Virus record (IMG/VR): IMGVR_UViG_2654587726_000009
From: a virus
Taxonomy: Duplodnaviria > Heunggongvirae > Uroviricota > Caudoviricetes
Strand: one strand, 5' to 3'
DNA length: 10,154 nucleotides
Shown here: positions 1 to 7,706 of the stretch, one piece after another
Numbering within the stretch: the stretch's first letter is position 1
Layout: the number at the start of each line of letters is the position of its first letter
Position numbers and translations under genes: made by a program
Notes under the pieces: generated by a model
What the model saw: the letters and a program-made list of their open reading frames with translations, nothing else
What the model was told of the DNA's origin: nothing
Databases searched by the model: none

Positions 1-482
1 CCTGCCGAAGATGAGGCCGTAAACGGCAGGGCCGGAACGGCATTAATGGCATCTTTGATACTGCCGGCAATCGTCGTGACGTTATCGCCGTTGGTCACCG
101 GTGCCTGCACGCGGGTACGTCCCACATAAACATTCACCGTGCCGGTTTCGGTTGCCGCCCCGGTCACCGTCAGCGTAACCGTTGCCGCCGCGCCTGTGGC
201 TTCCGGAACGGCAATCACATACAGCTCGCCAAACGGGTCAGTCTGGCGATAAGCCTCGACCATACGCGCCAGCTGACTTCCCGCACCACAAATCTGGCGT
301 GCATAGTCTGCCGACGGCATCAGTACCAGACTGTTGGCAACAATCTCTGCACCGTTATTGGCATGACCAATCAGCAGCGATGCTCCGCTGTCCTGTGCAG
401 TATTCGCCGCCGAGTTATCCATTTCCGCATAAAACAACGGAACCAGCGTATTCGACGGAATGGTGTTAAAGCTTATCGTCAT
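1..482 (-). CDS. Major tail protein, possibly tail-sheath-like; N-terminal 160 codons only, gene continues past window start
   Basis: Manual translation of the minus strand from ATG at 482..480 gives MTISFNTIPSNTLVPLFYAEMDNSAANTAQDSGASLLIGHANNGAEIV... and stays open to position 3 with no stop in frame. SD-like AAAGGTG sits 7 nt upstream. Position directly after neck/tail-completion genes suggests the major tail gene. Not in the ORF track because it is truncated by the window edge. Sheath versus tube identity is a guess. Confidence 0.5.
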   Translation of the reverse strand, partial: MTISFNTIPSNTLVPLFYAEMDNSAANTAQDSGASLLIGHANNGAEIVANSLVLMPSADYARQICGAGSQLARMVEAYRQTDPFGELYVIAVPEATGAAATVTLTVTGAATETGTVNVYVGRTRVQAPVTNGDNVTTIAGSIKDAINAVPALPFTASSSA

Positions 483-636
483 CGGTATTCACCTTTTTAT
501 TCACGCGCCGGATATCACCCGCGGCTTCACGGCGCAGCCAGTAGTTGTTCTCGTCAACATTTCGCCCTTCGGCGGGCAAAAGGTCGCCGCGGGCAGGGTC
601 AGGAACTGACCGCCCTTTAACAGGTTTCACAAACAT
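466..636 (-). CDS. Small hypothetical protein, 56 aa, between tail-completion gene and major tail gene
   Basis: Found by manual translation (below the ORF-track size cutoff): ATG at 636..634 preceded by GAGGA that overlaps the upstream stop, reading MFVKPVKGRSVPDPARGDLLPAEGRNVDENNYWLRREAAGDIRRVNKKVNTDDKL to stop TAA at 468..466. It fills an otherwise 160-bp gap in a tightly packed operon and overlaps the next gene start by 17 nt. No homology recognised. Confidence 0.35.
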   Translation of the reverse strand: MFVKPVKGRSVPDPARGDLLPAEGRNVDENNYWLRREAAGDIRRVNKKVNTDDDKL

Positions 637-644
637 GAGGATCC

Positions 645-1205
645 TCAGGAAGGAAGGGTTATTTCGGTGTGATGTTCGATATCGCCGTCAGGCCCGTTAC
701 CGGGCTCGAGATAATCAACATCAATCGCCAGCGTTTGCAGTTCATCCAGACTGTTCAGATCATCCTGCTGGCGGGTATCGTCTTCAGTCAGCTCGCTGAT
801 GACCGAAAAATCGAACTGATAAATCAGCTCATGACGATTCAGATCCAGCAGCGTGCCGCCGTCATAGGTAATCGGGTTACCGCACGCCTCCGGGTTCCAG
901 CCCAGCAGAGCCTTAAAGAGCATCTGCCGGACATCGTCCACCACATCATACGAGGCAAACTGACCGCGCTCATCACGCCCGTTACTCAGTATGACAACCA
1001 CGGAGAAACCCTCTTTCAGCTCCTGCCAGTAGTCGGTCTGGCTTTTGTTTTCTCCCGGAGAATCATCACCCGGTACAACATACGCCGCCGGGAGTCTCAG
1101 CTTTCCGACCTCCGGCAGATTTTTGAACTGGGCCGCGCCTGCAACCCGGTTTTCAAAATACGGACAGCGGGCACGCAGCGCAGCAATAACAGGCGTCAGT
1201 TTCAT
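645..1205 (-). CDS. Tail completion / tail terminator-like virion protein (resembles DUF3168 or Mu gp37-type proteins)
   Basis: 186-aa ORF whose ATG (1205..1203) overlaps the upstream stop (TGA 1204..1202) as ATGA. N-terminal pattern MKLTPVIAALRARCPYFENRVAGAAQF...LPAAYVVPGDD resembles tail-completion proteins as I recall them; position between neck protein and major tail gene fits. Family assignment is tentative. Confidence 0.5.
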   Translation of the reverse strand: MKLTPVIAALRARCPYFENRVAGAAQFKNLPEVGKLRLPAAYVVPGDDSPGENKSQTDYWQELKEGFSVVVILSNGRDERGQFASYDVVDDVRQMLFKALLGWNPEACGNPITYDGGTLLDLNRHELIYQFDFSVISELTEDDTRQQDDLNSLDELQTLAIDVDYLEPGNGPDGDIEHHTEITLPS

Positions 1206-1708
1206 CTGTGTCGTCGCTCCGGCCTCAGTGATTTACGCAATTCCCGCGCCAGAAAATAGCGTGTCCAGCTGCGGTTCTTTTCAAGAGTTTCCACCATGAA
1301 GTTATTACGTGGAGCCAGTCGCCAGCCGCTGCCACCGGATGCGCCACGATGATGACTACGACGACGTTTTGCTCCTCCCCGGACACCAAAAAACAGAAAC
1401 GCCGGATAGAAGTCACCAGAGATCATCCGGTTCCCCTTCCCGTTGCGCTGGTTAGGGGCAATGCGTGTCATAAAACCGGCTCGCTTTTTACTGGCTCTCG
1501 GCACCATATAACCAATCGAACGAGCCAGGCGTCCGGTCTGATAACCGGGGTTTTCACCCGGTGCCGACCGCGCACGGCGCATCACCAGCCGACGGGCATC
1601 ACGCATATGACGCTGCCCAATCGTGACAAACGCCCGCCGGACACGGGCACGGTTAAAGCGCATCTCCGCGGGCTGCTGAACATCAACGTGAAAAAAGGGA
1701 GTCGCCAT
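1202..1708 (-). CDS. HK97 gp10-family neck / tail-component protein
   Basis: 168-aa Arg-rich ORF containing TGRLARSIGYMV, resembling the TGxLxxSi motif I associate with the HK97 gp10 family. SD GGAGG sits 6 nt upstream of ATG 1708..1706. Overlapping small minus ORFs in other frames are rejected. Confidence 0.6.
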   Translation of the reverse strand: MATPFFHVDVQQPAEMRFNRARVRRAFVTIGQRHMRDARRLVMRRARSAPGENPGYQTGRLARSIGYMVPRASKKRAGFMTRIAPNQRNGKGNRMISGDFYPAFLFFGVRGGAKRRRSHHRGASGGSGWRLAPRNNFMVETLEKNRSWTRYFLARELRKSLRPERRHR

Positions 1709-2093
1709 TGCTGCCTCCGTGACTCTGCCTAAATTCGCCCAGCTCCGTACACTCCAGCAGCAGAAAGCGCCGCGCCCCGTTCAGATCACGCTGACGTTTC
1801 ACCCGGTACACACTGTCACCACAGACCACCTCATAATCAGCGGTGATCCCCCGGCGGTAACGAATGGTGATGTAATGGGTGATGGCGTCCCCGGTCTGCG
1901 CGGTTTCCTGCCAGGTGGTGGCACTGGTCTGGATAACCTTCGCCCATGTCCGGAACGTAACCGGGTATTGAGGCTCCACGCCAAAGTTATCCGCGGGCAT
2001 ATCCACCCGCTGGCGGATCAGGACGCGTTTATTCAGTTCACCGGGGTCCGGCAGAATGTAGGTTGCGCTGGTCTGCGCCTGACGAATTTTCAT
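1683..2093 (-). CDS. Head closure / head-tail adaptor protein
   Basis: 136-aa ORF; ATG 2093..2091 overlaps the upstream stop TGA (2092..2090) as ATGA. Size, position after the gp6-like connector and the segment LIRQRVDMPADNFGVEPQYPVTFRTWAKV are consistent with head-tail joining family proteins. The 3' end overlaps the next gene by 26 nt. Confidence 0.55.
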   Translation of the reverse strand: MKIRQAQTSATYILPDPGELNKRVLIRQRVDMPADNFGVEPQYPVTFRTWAKVIQTSATTWQETAQTGDAITHYITIRYRRGITADYEVVCGDSVYRVKRQRDLNGARRFLLLECTELGEFRQSHGGSNGDSLFSR

Positions 2094-2413
2094 TGCGGAA
2101 AGTACCTGTACGGGCCGACAAGCCAGCCAAAACTCTGCGGCATGTCGAGTTTCTCCACTTCCGTAACCGACGAGCGGTTTTCGTAAAAATGGCTGATAAG
2201 CATCAGCATCCCCAGACGAATATCATCCGACAGGTGCAGCCCGTCCGGATCGCTGTCCGGAATGGTTTCATCCGGTGCATAGAGCTTCCGGTTCAGATAC
2301 GTTTCCGTCCGCTTTTGTGCCGCACAGGCCAGCAGTTGCAGATGGCGGTCATCAGCATCGTAATCCTCATCCAGCCGGAGTTGGGCTTTAATCTCTTCCA
2401 TTGTCAGAAGCAT
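2090..2413 (-). CDS. gp6-like head-tail connector (DNA packaging / head completion) protein
   Basis: 107-aa acidic ORF (MLLTMEEIKAQLRLDEDYDADDRHLQLLACAAQ...) in the position and size expected for the HK97 gp6-type connector. SD AGAGGG sits upstream of ATG 2413..2411. Confidence 0.6.
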   Translation of the reverse strand: MLLTMEEIKAQLRLDEDYDADDRHLQLLACAAQKRTETYLNRKLYAPDETIPDSDPDGLHLSDDIRLGMLMLISHFYENRSSVTEVEKLDMPQSFGWLVGPYRYFPQ

Positions 2414-2415
2414 AC

Positions 2416-2616
2416 TCAGCCCTCTTTACTGGTCGTGGCTTTTTTCTCTTTTGTCGCTTTACTGCTTTTTGCACTGGTTCCGCGCTCTGCTAACCCGGCC
2501 TGAAGTGCAATCTCCTGCACCCGGGCAGGAAGCGCCCCGTCGTCATACTCACCGGCCCGAATGACCTCAACACGCATACCGTCCGGTGACCATTTCAGAT
2601 CTTGTTTCAGGATCAT
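2416..2616 (-). CDS. Hypothetical protein, 66 aa, Lys/Ser/Thr-rich C-terminal tail
   Basis: ORF MILKQDLKWSPDGMRVEVIRAGEYDDGALPARVQEIALQAGLAERGTSAKSSKATKEKKATTSKEG. ATG 2616..2614 lies just downstream of the post-capsid hairpin; its stop (2418..2416) is 2 nt from the gp6-like start. No homology recognised. Confidence 0.4.
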   Translation of the reverse strand: MILKQDLKWSPDGMRVEVIRAGEYDDGALPARVQEIALQAGLAERGTSAKSSKATKEKKATTSKEG

Positions 2617-2638
2617 GATTCTTCACCCGTCAGAACAG

Positions 2639-2658
2639 GGGGCGCGGTTCCGCGCCCC
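2639..2658 (-). promoter_or_regulatory. GC-rich RNA stem-loop immediately after the major capsid stop codon (possible attenuator or transcript stabiliser)
   Basis: Plus strand GGGGCGCGG TT CCGCGCCCC is a perfect 9-bp inverted repeat read directly from the sequence, 7 nt downstream of the capsid TAA (2668..2666). It is not followed by a U-tract on the transcribed strand (next bases UUCUGACGGG), so it is not a classic intrinsic terminator. Confidence 0.45.
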
Positions 2659-2665
2659 TGAGTGA

Positions 2666-3871
2666 TTACGCCACTGCAATCTTCAGCAGTTTGATGGCCT
2701 GCGAATCGACCAGCATCCCGCCGGTGCGCTTGGTGGTATAAAAACCGACAAACGGTTTATTGGTGTACGGGTCACGCAGAATGCGGGGGCCGATACGGTC
2801 AACGATGGTGTAACCCCGTTTGAAGTTACCAAATGCAATGGCTTTCGCATCAGCGGCGATATCCGGCATCTGTTCGTTTTCAGCGATACCGTAACCCGCC
2901 AGAGAGGACGGCTGCCCCAGCTCCAGCCCCGGACGCCACAGATAGTTACCCTCGATGTCTTTAAGCAGACGGATGGCAAACAGGCTATTGTTGTTCATCA
3001 TGAACTTCGCGCCAGTGCGGTGTGCCTTACGCAGCGTGTAAATCAGTTTGATAATGGCGTCTGCGGTCACCGCAGTCGCGTCGCCGGATACAATATGCTG
3101 AAGTTTGCCGAACGCCCGGACCTTATCGGTTTCATCCGTGGATTCATACGCCAGGAACCCTTTCGGCTTCTTGGTACCATCGCCGGTGGTAAAGGCAATT
3201 TCTTCCTGTTCGGCAAATTCGGTTGCCAGCTCGCTGTTGATCCATGCTTCCACGTTGAAAAAGGCATCATCCAGCATTTTCTGGGTGGCCTGCGGGTTAC
3301 CGTAGATTTCCCCCATGAAAGGTTCAATCAGGCCCAGTTTTGAGGTGGCAGTCTGGGAGCGCGCGTCAGTCTCGCCAACCCATCCGGAAGCCGTGCCGCC
3401 CAGATTCACCAGTTTTTTGTAGTCGGAACCACCAACGGTGATCACCGTGGCTTCCTGGCGCATCACCACTTCATCTTTCAGCAGGGTGAGAATGTTGCGA
3501 TCCAGTGCTTCCGGCACGGCATAGCCGCCGTCTTCATCGGTGCCCACCTGCAATGCCTTGCGCTCCAGATCGCGCAGACCATCTTCACGGCCTTTACGCA
3601 GGAAGCCCACAAACGCTTCTTTATGCTCGGTGGCCAGTTTATTTTGCGCACCACCTGCCGGACGTTTCAGCTCAAGCAGCTCTTTTTCAAGATCGCTTTT
3701 GAGGTTTTCCAGCTCGCTGAGTTTCCCGTTCAGGGTTTCCACCTGCCCGGCAAGTTTGCCTTTTTCCTGCTCAATCGCATCCACGCGCTTGTCGTTCTTT
3801 GCTTTGAAGTCGTCAAACTTCTGCTGCAGCTCCTGCGCGACCTGTTCGACATCTTTAATATCAACCGCCAT
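2666..3871 (-). CDS. Major capsid protein, HK97 family, with N-terminal coiled-coil delta (scaffolding) domain
   Basis: 401-aa ORF with strong SD AGGAGA 7 nt upstream of ATG 3871. The first ~100 aa are coiled-coil-like (KLAGQVETLNGKLSELENLKSDLEKELLELKR), followed by a capsid-like body; it sits directly after the prohead protease as in HK97 gp4/gp5. Confidence 0.9.
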   Translation of the reverse strand: MAVDIKDVEQVAQELQQKFDDFKAKNDKRVDAIEQEKGKLAGQVETLNGKLSELENLKSDLEKELLELKRPAGGAQNKLATEHKEAFVGFLRKGREDGLRDLERKALQVGTDEDGGYAVPEALDRNILTLLKDEVVMRQEATVITVGGSDYKKLVNLGGTASGWVGETDARSQTATSKLGLIEPFMGEIYGNPQATQKMLDDAFFNVEAWINSELATEFAEQEEIAFTTGDGTKKPKGFLAYESTDETDKVRAFGKLQHIVSGDATAVTADAIIKLIYTLRKAHRTGAKFMMNNNSLFAIRLLKDIEGNYLWRPGLELGQPSSLAGYGIAENEQMPDIAADAKAIAFGNFKRGYTIVDRIGPRILRDPYTNKPFVGFYTTKRTGGMLVDSQAIKLLKIAVA

Positions 3872-3885
3872 CGTATTTCTCCTGA

Positions 3886-4536
3886 TTAGAAGTTCAGATT
3901 TTTCAGTGCATTCAGTGCAGAGCCCACATCCTCAGCGTCGCGCAGGGACAGTGCGCCATAGCCCCCGGCCATGAATGCTTTGGCCTGGGTACGGGAGAGT
4001 CCGACATCACGCAGGACTCTTTCGATTTTTTTCTGTTCGGGGATTTCCCCGCGGGCCAGTGCGTTCTTGACGTCGCTGATCCGCGCCTCGTCGTTAGACG
4101 GGAACGTCACCAGGCTGACTTCCCAGAGGTCGATTTCTTTCAGCAGAAAGGCTTCTTTGCTCCGGTCGTATTCCCAGTCTTTCAGGACGTACCCAATAGA
4201 AAGGCCGGTTAACGAACCGGCCTTCATGTGTGCATGTGCGCGTTTTGCGAGGGGATCATCATCAATAAGCAACCGTCCCCTGACGTAAAGCCCGACATCG
4301 TCTTCCTTCATTTCAGTGTAAACACCGATGGGTTCATCCATGCGGTGCTGCCAGAGCAGCGCAGGTAACGCTTTTCTGTCACTCCACGCCCGCAGGGAAG
4401 CAGCAAATGCCCCGGACATCACCACATCATCGTGGCTGTCCTTTACACCAAAGACGGAGCCATACCCTTCAAACTCACCGGAGTCACTGACAGATTTCAG
4501 ACTCAGCGGTACATCAAGACGTTGTTTCGTCTGCAT
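3886..4536 (-). CDS. Prohead maturation protease, HK97 family (S78 peptidase)
   Basis: The ORF is open from 4572 (228 aa), but the ATG at 4536..4534 is preceded by a good SD (AAGGA, 8-nt spacer), whereas ATG 4572 has none, so I call the 216-aa form. It contains a DSHDD segment and a GLSIGY segment consistent with the catalytic His and Ser of HK97-type proteases. The start lies inside the 3' end of the portal gene. Confidence 0.85.
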   Translation of the reverse strand: MQTKQRLDVPLSLKSVSDSGEFEGYGSVFGVKDSHDDVVMSGAFAASLRAWSDRKALPALLWQHRMDEPIGVYTEMKEDDVGLYVRGRLLIDDDPLAKRAHAHMKAGSLTGLSIGYVLKDWEYDRSKEAFLLKEIDLWEVSLVTFPSNDEARISDVKNALARGEIPEQKKIERVLRDVGLSRTQAKAFMAGGYGALSLRDAEDVGSALNALKNLNF

Positions 4537-5755
4537 TGGCGTTATCCTTCTGCTTACCGGCTTTACTGCCATCGGAGGGTTCCGTGGTCATGTTCATCGG
4601 TGTGAGATAGACATCACCACCGGGACGCGGATTCATATCTTCCAGGTCGCGGCAGTCATTGGGAGAGTAAATTCCCCAGTTAATCCCGGTGGCGTAGGCT
4701 TCAAAACGGGACTTCATATCCCCGCGCAGTAACGCCCCGGCGTTAAATTTGGCGTAATAAACGCCCTGCTTACTTTTTCGTACCAGTCCGGTGTTGATCC
4801 GCTGTTCGATGCGGGTCAGATACGGCACCAGTGAATAGTTGATAAATCCCAGCCCCAGCTCTTCGATATTGTTGAAGGTGGCGCGATCGGTGTTCTGCAC
4901 CATGTGCAACGGCACCCGGAACAGACGACAGATTTCTTCAAGCTGAAACTTGCGGGTTTCCAGGAACTGGCTGTCCTCGGCGTTCAGCGCCATCGACTTC
5001 CAGTCCAGCCCCATCTCAAGGATCATCGGGCGGTGAGCATTGCCAAGCCCGGTGTGACGCTCCTCAAAATCTTTCTTCAGGCGCTCATAAGCCTGATCCG
5101 ACAGCGTCTGCTCTGTACGCAACACACCCGACGTCACCGCACCATTGCTGAACAGTCTGGCCCCGTGCTCTTCGGTCGCTGCCGCCAGCGATATTGCCTC
5201 GCGGGCATAGGCGATGGGATTCAGCCCCACCAGACCGTCCAGCGTCAGCGTGCGCACATGCCAGATATCCTCCTGGCTCAGTACATCCGTGGAACCATCC
5301 GGGAATGTGACCTGATAGACCGGCTCCCAGCGACTGTTAAGCTTCGGTACCACACAGCCGGGATCGACGGGCAGCAGTTCAGCCACTTCGCCAAATGCTT
5401 TCACTTTGTAGGCGTAAAAGTTTCCCCGCAGGCACAGACAGGTGACCACCAGCTCCCAGAACTCCTGCGGCGTCATATAGCCATTGGGATGCGTGGAGAT
5501 CAGCTTATGCAGACGTTCGCCGGTGGCTCTCTGTTTCAGGCTGCCGTTCAGGTGATACAGATTGCAGGGCAACATCCCGACCGACTCTGCCAGCACTCTG
5601 ACGCAGGAAAAAACCGCCGTCAGTCGCATGGCCCGCTGACTGCTGATCTGCTTTCCGGTATAGGTGTCGTAAGACAACCCGATGGCATCCGCCAGCTCTG
5701 CTGGCGTGGTCACCGGCGCGTCACTTTTTCGTTGAAATAATCCCGAAAAGAACAC
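4514..5755 (-). CDS. Portal protein, HK97 family
   Basis: 413-aa ORF between terminase and protease. It starts at GTG 5755..5753 with a strong SD GGAGGT 5 nt upstream; the first in-frame ATG is 42 codons in and would truncate the protein. Stop is TGA 4516..4514. Confidence 0.9.
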   Translation of the reverse strand: MFFSGLFQRKSDAPVTTPAELADAIGLSYDTYTGKQISSQRAMRLTAVFSCVRVLAESVGMLPCNLYHLNGSLKQRATGERLHKLISTHPNGYMTPQEFWELVVTCLCLRGNFYAYKVKAFGEVAELLPVDPGCVVPKLNSRWEPVYQVTFPDGSTDVLSQEDIWHVRTLTLDGLVGLNPIAYAREAISLAAATEEHGARLFSNGAVTSGVLRTEQTLSDQAYERLKKDFEERHTGLGNAHRPMILEMGLDWKSMALNAEDSQFLETRKFQLEEICRLFRVPLHMVQNTDRATFNNIEELGLGFINYSLVPYLTRIEQRINTGLVRKSKQGVYYAKFNAGALLRGDMKSRFEAYATGINWGIYSPNDCRDLEDMNPRPGGDVYLTPMNMTTEPSDGSKAGKQKDNANADETTS

Positions 5756-5937
5756 TATTTACCTCCGCCGACAGACGGCTGTGTACGGTCGAGATATCGC
5801 GCCACCAGCCACGACCAGAACAGGCACAGCACCCCGGCAACAACAAAACCCGCCGGGGGATAAATCAGCCAGGCACCATACGCCAGCAAAAGCGCACCCA
5901 GCACGCCCACCAGTGGCGCGAGAATTATCAGAAACAT
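5755..5937 (-). CDS. Small predicted membrane protein, 60 aa, two hydrophobic helices
   Basis: [63 protein letters not shown]. It has its own SD (GAGGT, 5-nt spacer) 11 nt after the TerL stop, and its stop TAG shares a base with the portal GTG start. Its last codons (GGC GGA GGT AAA) encode the portal SD. No homology recognised. Confidence 0.45.
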   Translation of the reverse strand: MFLIILAPLVGVLGALLLAYGAWLIYPPAGFVVAGVLCLFWSWLVARYLDRTQPSVGGGK

Positions 5938-5948
5938 AATGACCTCGG

Positions 5949-7706
5949 TTAAAGCGAACGGATGCCCACGCTGACCAGATGTTCAGACAGATCCAGCTCC
6001 GGTTCACCACCATTGACCAGCATCCGGCTCATTGCTGTAAACATCGCAACAGGGCCGTCGATTTTGGCTTCCAGCGTGGATTTATTCGGGAAGATATTGT
6101 CGTTTTTGTCCGGTTTTACCGTAACGTTAGACATCATCCAGTTCATGACCGGATGATTGCTGTGATGGAAACGCCCGGCATAGACCAGTGATTCCGTTTC
6201 CTTCATGGCCTCTGACAGATTACGAACCGTCTGCGGAACCTCCACCAGCGGTATCCCTTCTTCAGCCAGTGCCAGGCTGAACTGCATCGCGCTCCACGGG
6301 TCAAATCCCAGTTCCCTGAGGTTTTCACCACCAATCCATTCCAGTAAGTCACTTTTTATCTGAGCATGATCGATAACATCACCATCCGTCAGAATCAGCT
6401 TATCCATCTCCGCCCACTTCCGGTAAAGTTCTGCCTGCTGCCGCGAGCATCGTTCCAGCCGTCCTTCCGGAAGCCAGAATTTAAAATCGGCATGAACATG
6501 CCCGTTATCCGTTCGCCAGAGTTTTGCCGCCGCACAGATATCAATCTTATGAGCAAGGTCAACGCCGACCCACATGGGATACGTTTTCAGCTCATGTCGT
6601 GGGGCAATGTATTCGCACTTCTCCCACTTAATCATGTCCATCCAGGCAGACTCTGCTGTTACCCACACATTCATGTGTTTGGTAAAAAAATTCACCCGCG
6701 CAGAGACCTGTTCTTTCGCTTTTTTCGCCAGGCGACGCAGATCATCCCAGCGTTTACAGATGCCCAGGCCGGGATTCGCTTTCTGCCAGACCGTTTCATC
6801 AAACGGATCATCTCCCTCATCGAGGGTGTAAATAATCGCAAAGTAGGAGTCGTCTTTTACAGCGCCCTCCACATCGCTGTTATAGCCACGCAATACCTTG
6901 ATGGCGTAATCACGCTGCTCGTAACAAATCCCTTCCTTGTTAAACCCTGCCGTGGTGATACCAAATAACAGGGACTGCAGGCGAGCACCGGTTGCCGTTT
7001 CCAGAACGTCCCACACGTCGCGGGTTTTATGTGCATGCAGCTCATCAATAATGGCGCAGTGGATGTTCAGACCATCCAGGTTGTTTGCATCCGAAGAAAG
7101 CGGTTCAAATTTTGATGCGCTCTGCTCCTGGTAAATCGCCAGCTTGTTGAAATCAAACAACCGCCCGAGTGTCGACCGGGCTTTTCTGACCATATTTTTG
7201 GCGTCTTCAAACACAATTCTGGCCTGGTCACGCGTGGTGGCGGCTGAATACACCTCAGCACCGCCTTCACCATCTGCCCCCGTCATATACAGGCCGATAC
7301 CCGATGACAGAGTTGATTTTGCGTTTTTACGGGCGACTTCGTTGTACGCCGTCCGGAACCGGCGCACCATCACCGGACGTCCGCTGCCATCGCTGCGCAT
7401 GACAACTTCCCCGGTCTCTTCATTCACCAGCGGAATGACAAAACCAAAAATATTAATGAGGATAAATACATGCCAGTCCATCAGTTCAATGGGCTGGCCT
7501 GCCAGCGCCCCTTTTACATGAGGCACAAATTTGTAGAAATTCAGGATGTGCTGCGCACGGGGTTCACTGAAATAAATCCCCCGCTCTTCGCCGTACTTCA
7601 GATCATCAAGAAAACGCTGGCAGGCCAGGCGGACAAATTCGCCAGCAACAATTTCTCCTGCAACAACACGTTCGGCGTAGCGGATCCCGTCAGCCACTTT
7701 TGCCAT
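5949..7706 (-). CDS. Terminase large subunit (ATPase plus nuclease)
   Basis: 585-aa ORF immediately after the small terminase; the two genes share TGATG (stop/start overlap). Contains a P-loop-like segment ARKNAKSTL, a Walker B-like AIIDELH, and a C-terminal region with acidic residues ([10 protein letters not shown]) consistent with a terminase nuclease domain. Confidence 0.9.
   Translation of the reverse strand: MAKVADGIRYAERVVAGEIVAGEFVRLACQRFLDDLKYGEERGIYFSEPRAQHILNFYKFVPHVKGALAGQPIELMDWHVFILINIFGFVIPLVNEETGEVVMRSDGSGRPVMVRRFRTAYNEVARKNAKSTLSSGIGLYMTGADGEGGAEVYSAATTRDQARIVFEDAKNMVRKARSTLGRLFDFNKLAIYQEQSASKFEPLSSDANNLDGLNIHCAIIDELHAHKTRDVWDVLETATGARLQSLLFGITTAGFNKEGICYEQRDYAIKVLRGYNSDVEGAVKDDSYFAIIYTLDEGDDPFDETVWQKANPGLGICKRWDDLRRLAKKAKEQVSARVNFFTKHMNVWVTAESAWMDMIKWEKCEYIAPRHELKTYPMWVGVDLAHKIDICAAAKLWRTDNGHVHADFKFWLPEGRLERCSRQQAELYRKWAEMDKLILTDGDVIDHAQIKSDLLEWIGGENLRELGFDPWSAMQFSLALAEEGIPLVEVPQTVRNLSEAMKETESLVYAGRFHHSNHPVMNWMMSNVTVKPDKNDNIFPNKSTLEAKIDGPVAMFTAMSRMLVNGGEPELDLSEHLVSVGIRSL

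Noticed and set aside
669-1259. 196-aa plus-strand ORF
   Set aside because: Antisense to the tail-completion-like gene and the gp10-like gene; breaks the co-directional operon logic and has no recognisable features.
1225-1984. Minus-strand ORFs 1225..1416 and 1799..1984; plus-strand ORFs 1349..1732 and 1719..2186
   Set aside because: Alternate-frame or antisense overlaps of the gp10-like and head-closure genes; no independent support.
2639-2658. Calling the post-capsid hairpin a rho-independent terminator
   Set aside because: No U-rich tract follows the stem on the transcribed strand, and downstream genes clearly need read-through, so it is reported as a regulatory stem-loop instead.
2683-3327. 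Minus-strand ORFs 2683..2979 and 3067..3327, and plus-strand ORFs 3020..3343 and 3105..3305, inside the capsid gene
   Set aside because: Alternate-frame or antisense ORFs nested within the major capsid coding sequence; no independent start signals.
4904-5740. 278-aa plus-strand ORF
   Set aside because: Entirely antisense to the portal gene, which has clear family features and coupled neighbours. Long antisense ORFs are expected in GC-rich coding DNA, and no SD or functional motif was seen.
5759-6013. 84-aa minus-strand ORF overlapping the TerL 3' end and the membrane microprotein
   Set aside because: Alternate frame running through the well-supported TerL C-terminus; Cys/Gly/Arg-rich low-complexity translation typical of an off-frame read of GC-rich sequence. 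The 5755..5937 frame has the SD and coherent hydrophobic helices.
6366-6968. 200-aa plus-strand ORF, and other plus-strand ORFs over the terminase genes (5962..6156, 5979..6191, 6574..6831, 6937..7134, 7144..7521, 7470..7901)
   Set aside because: All lie antisense within the large or small terminase coding sequence; the terminase frames carry the recognisable motifs.
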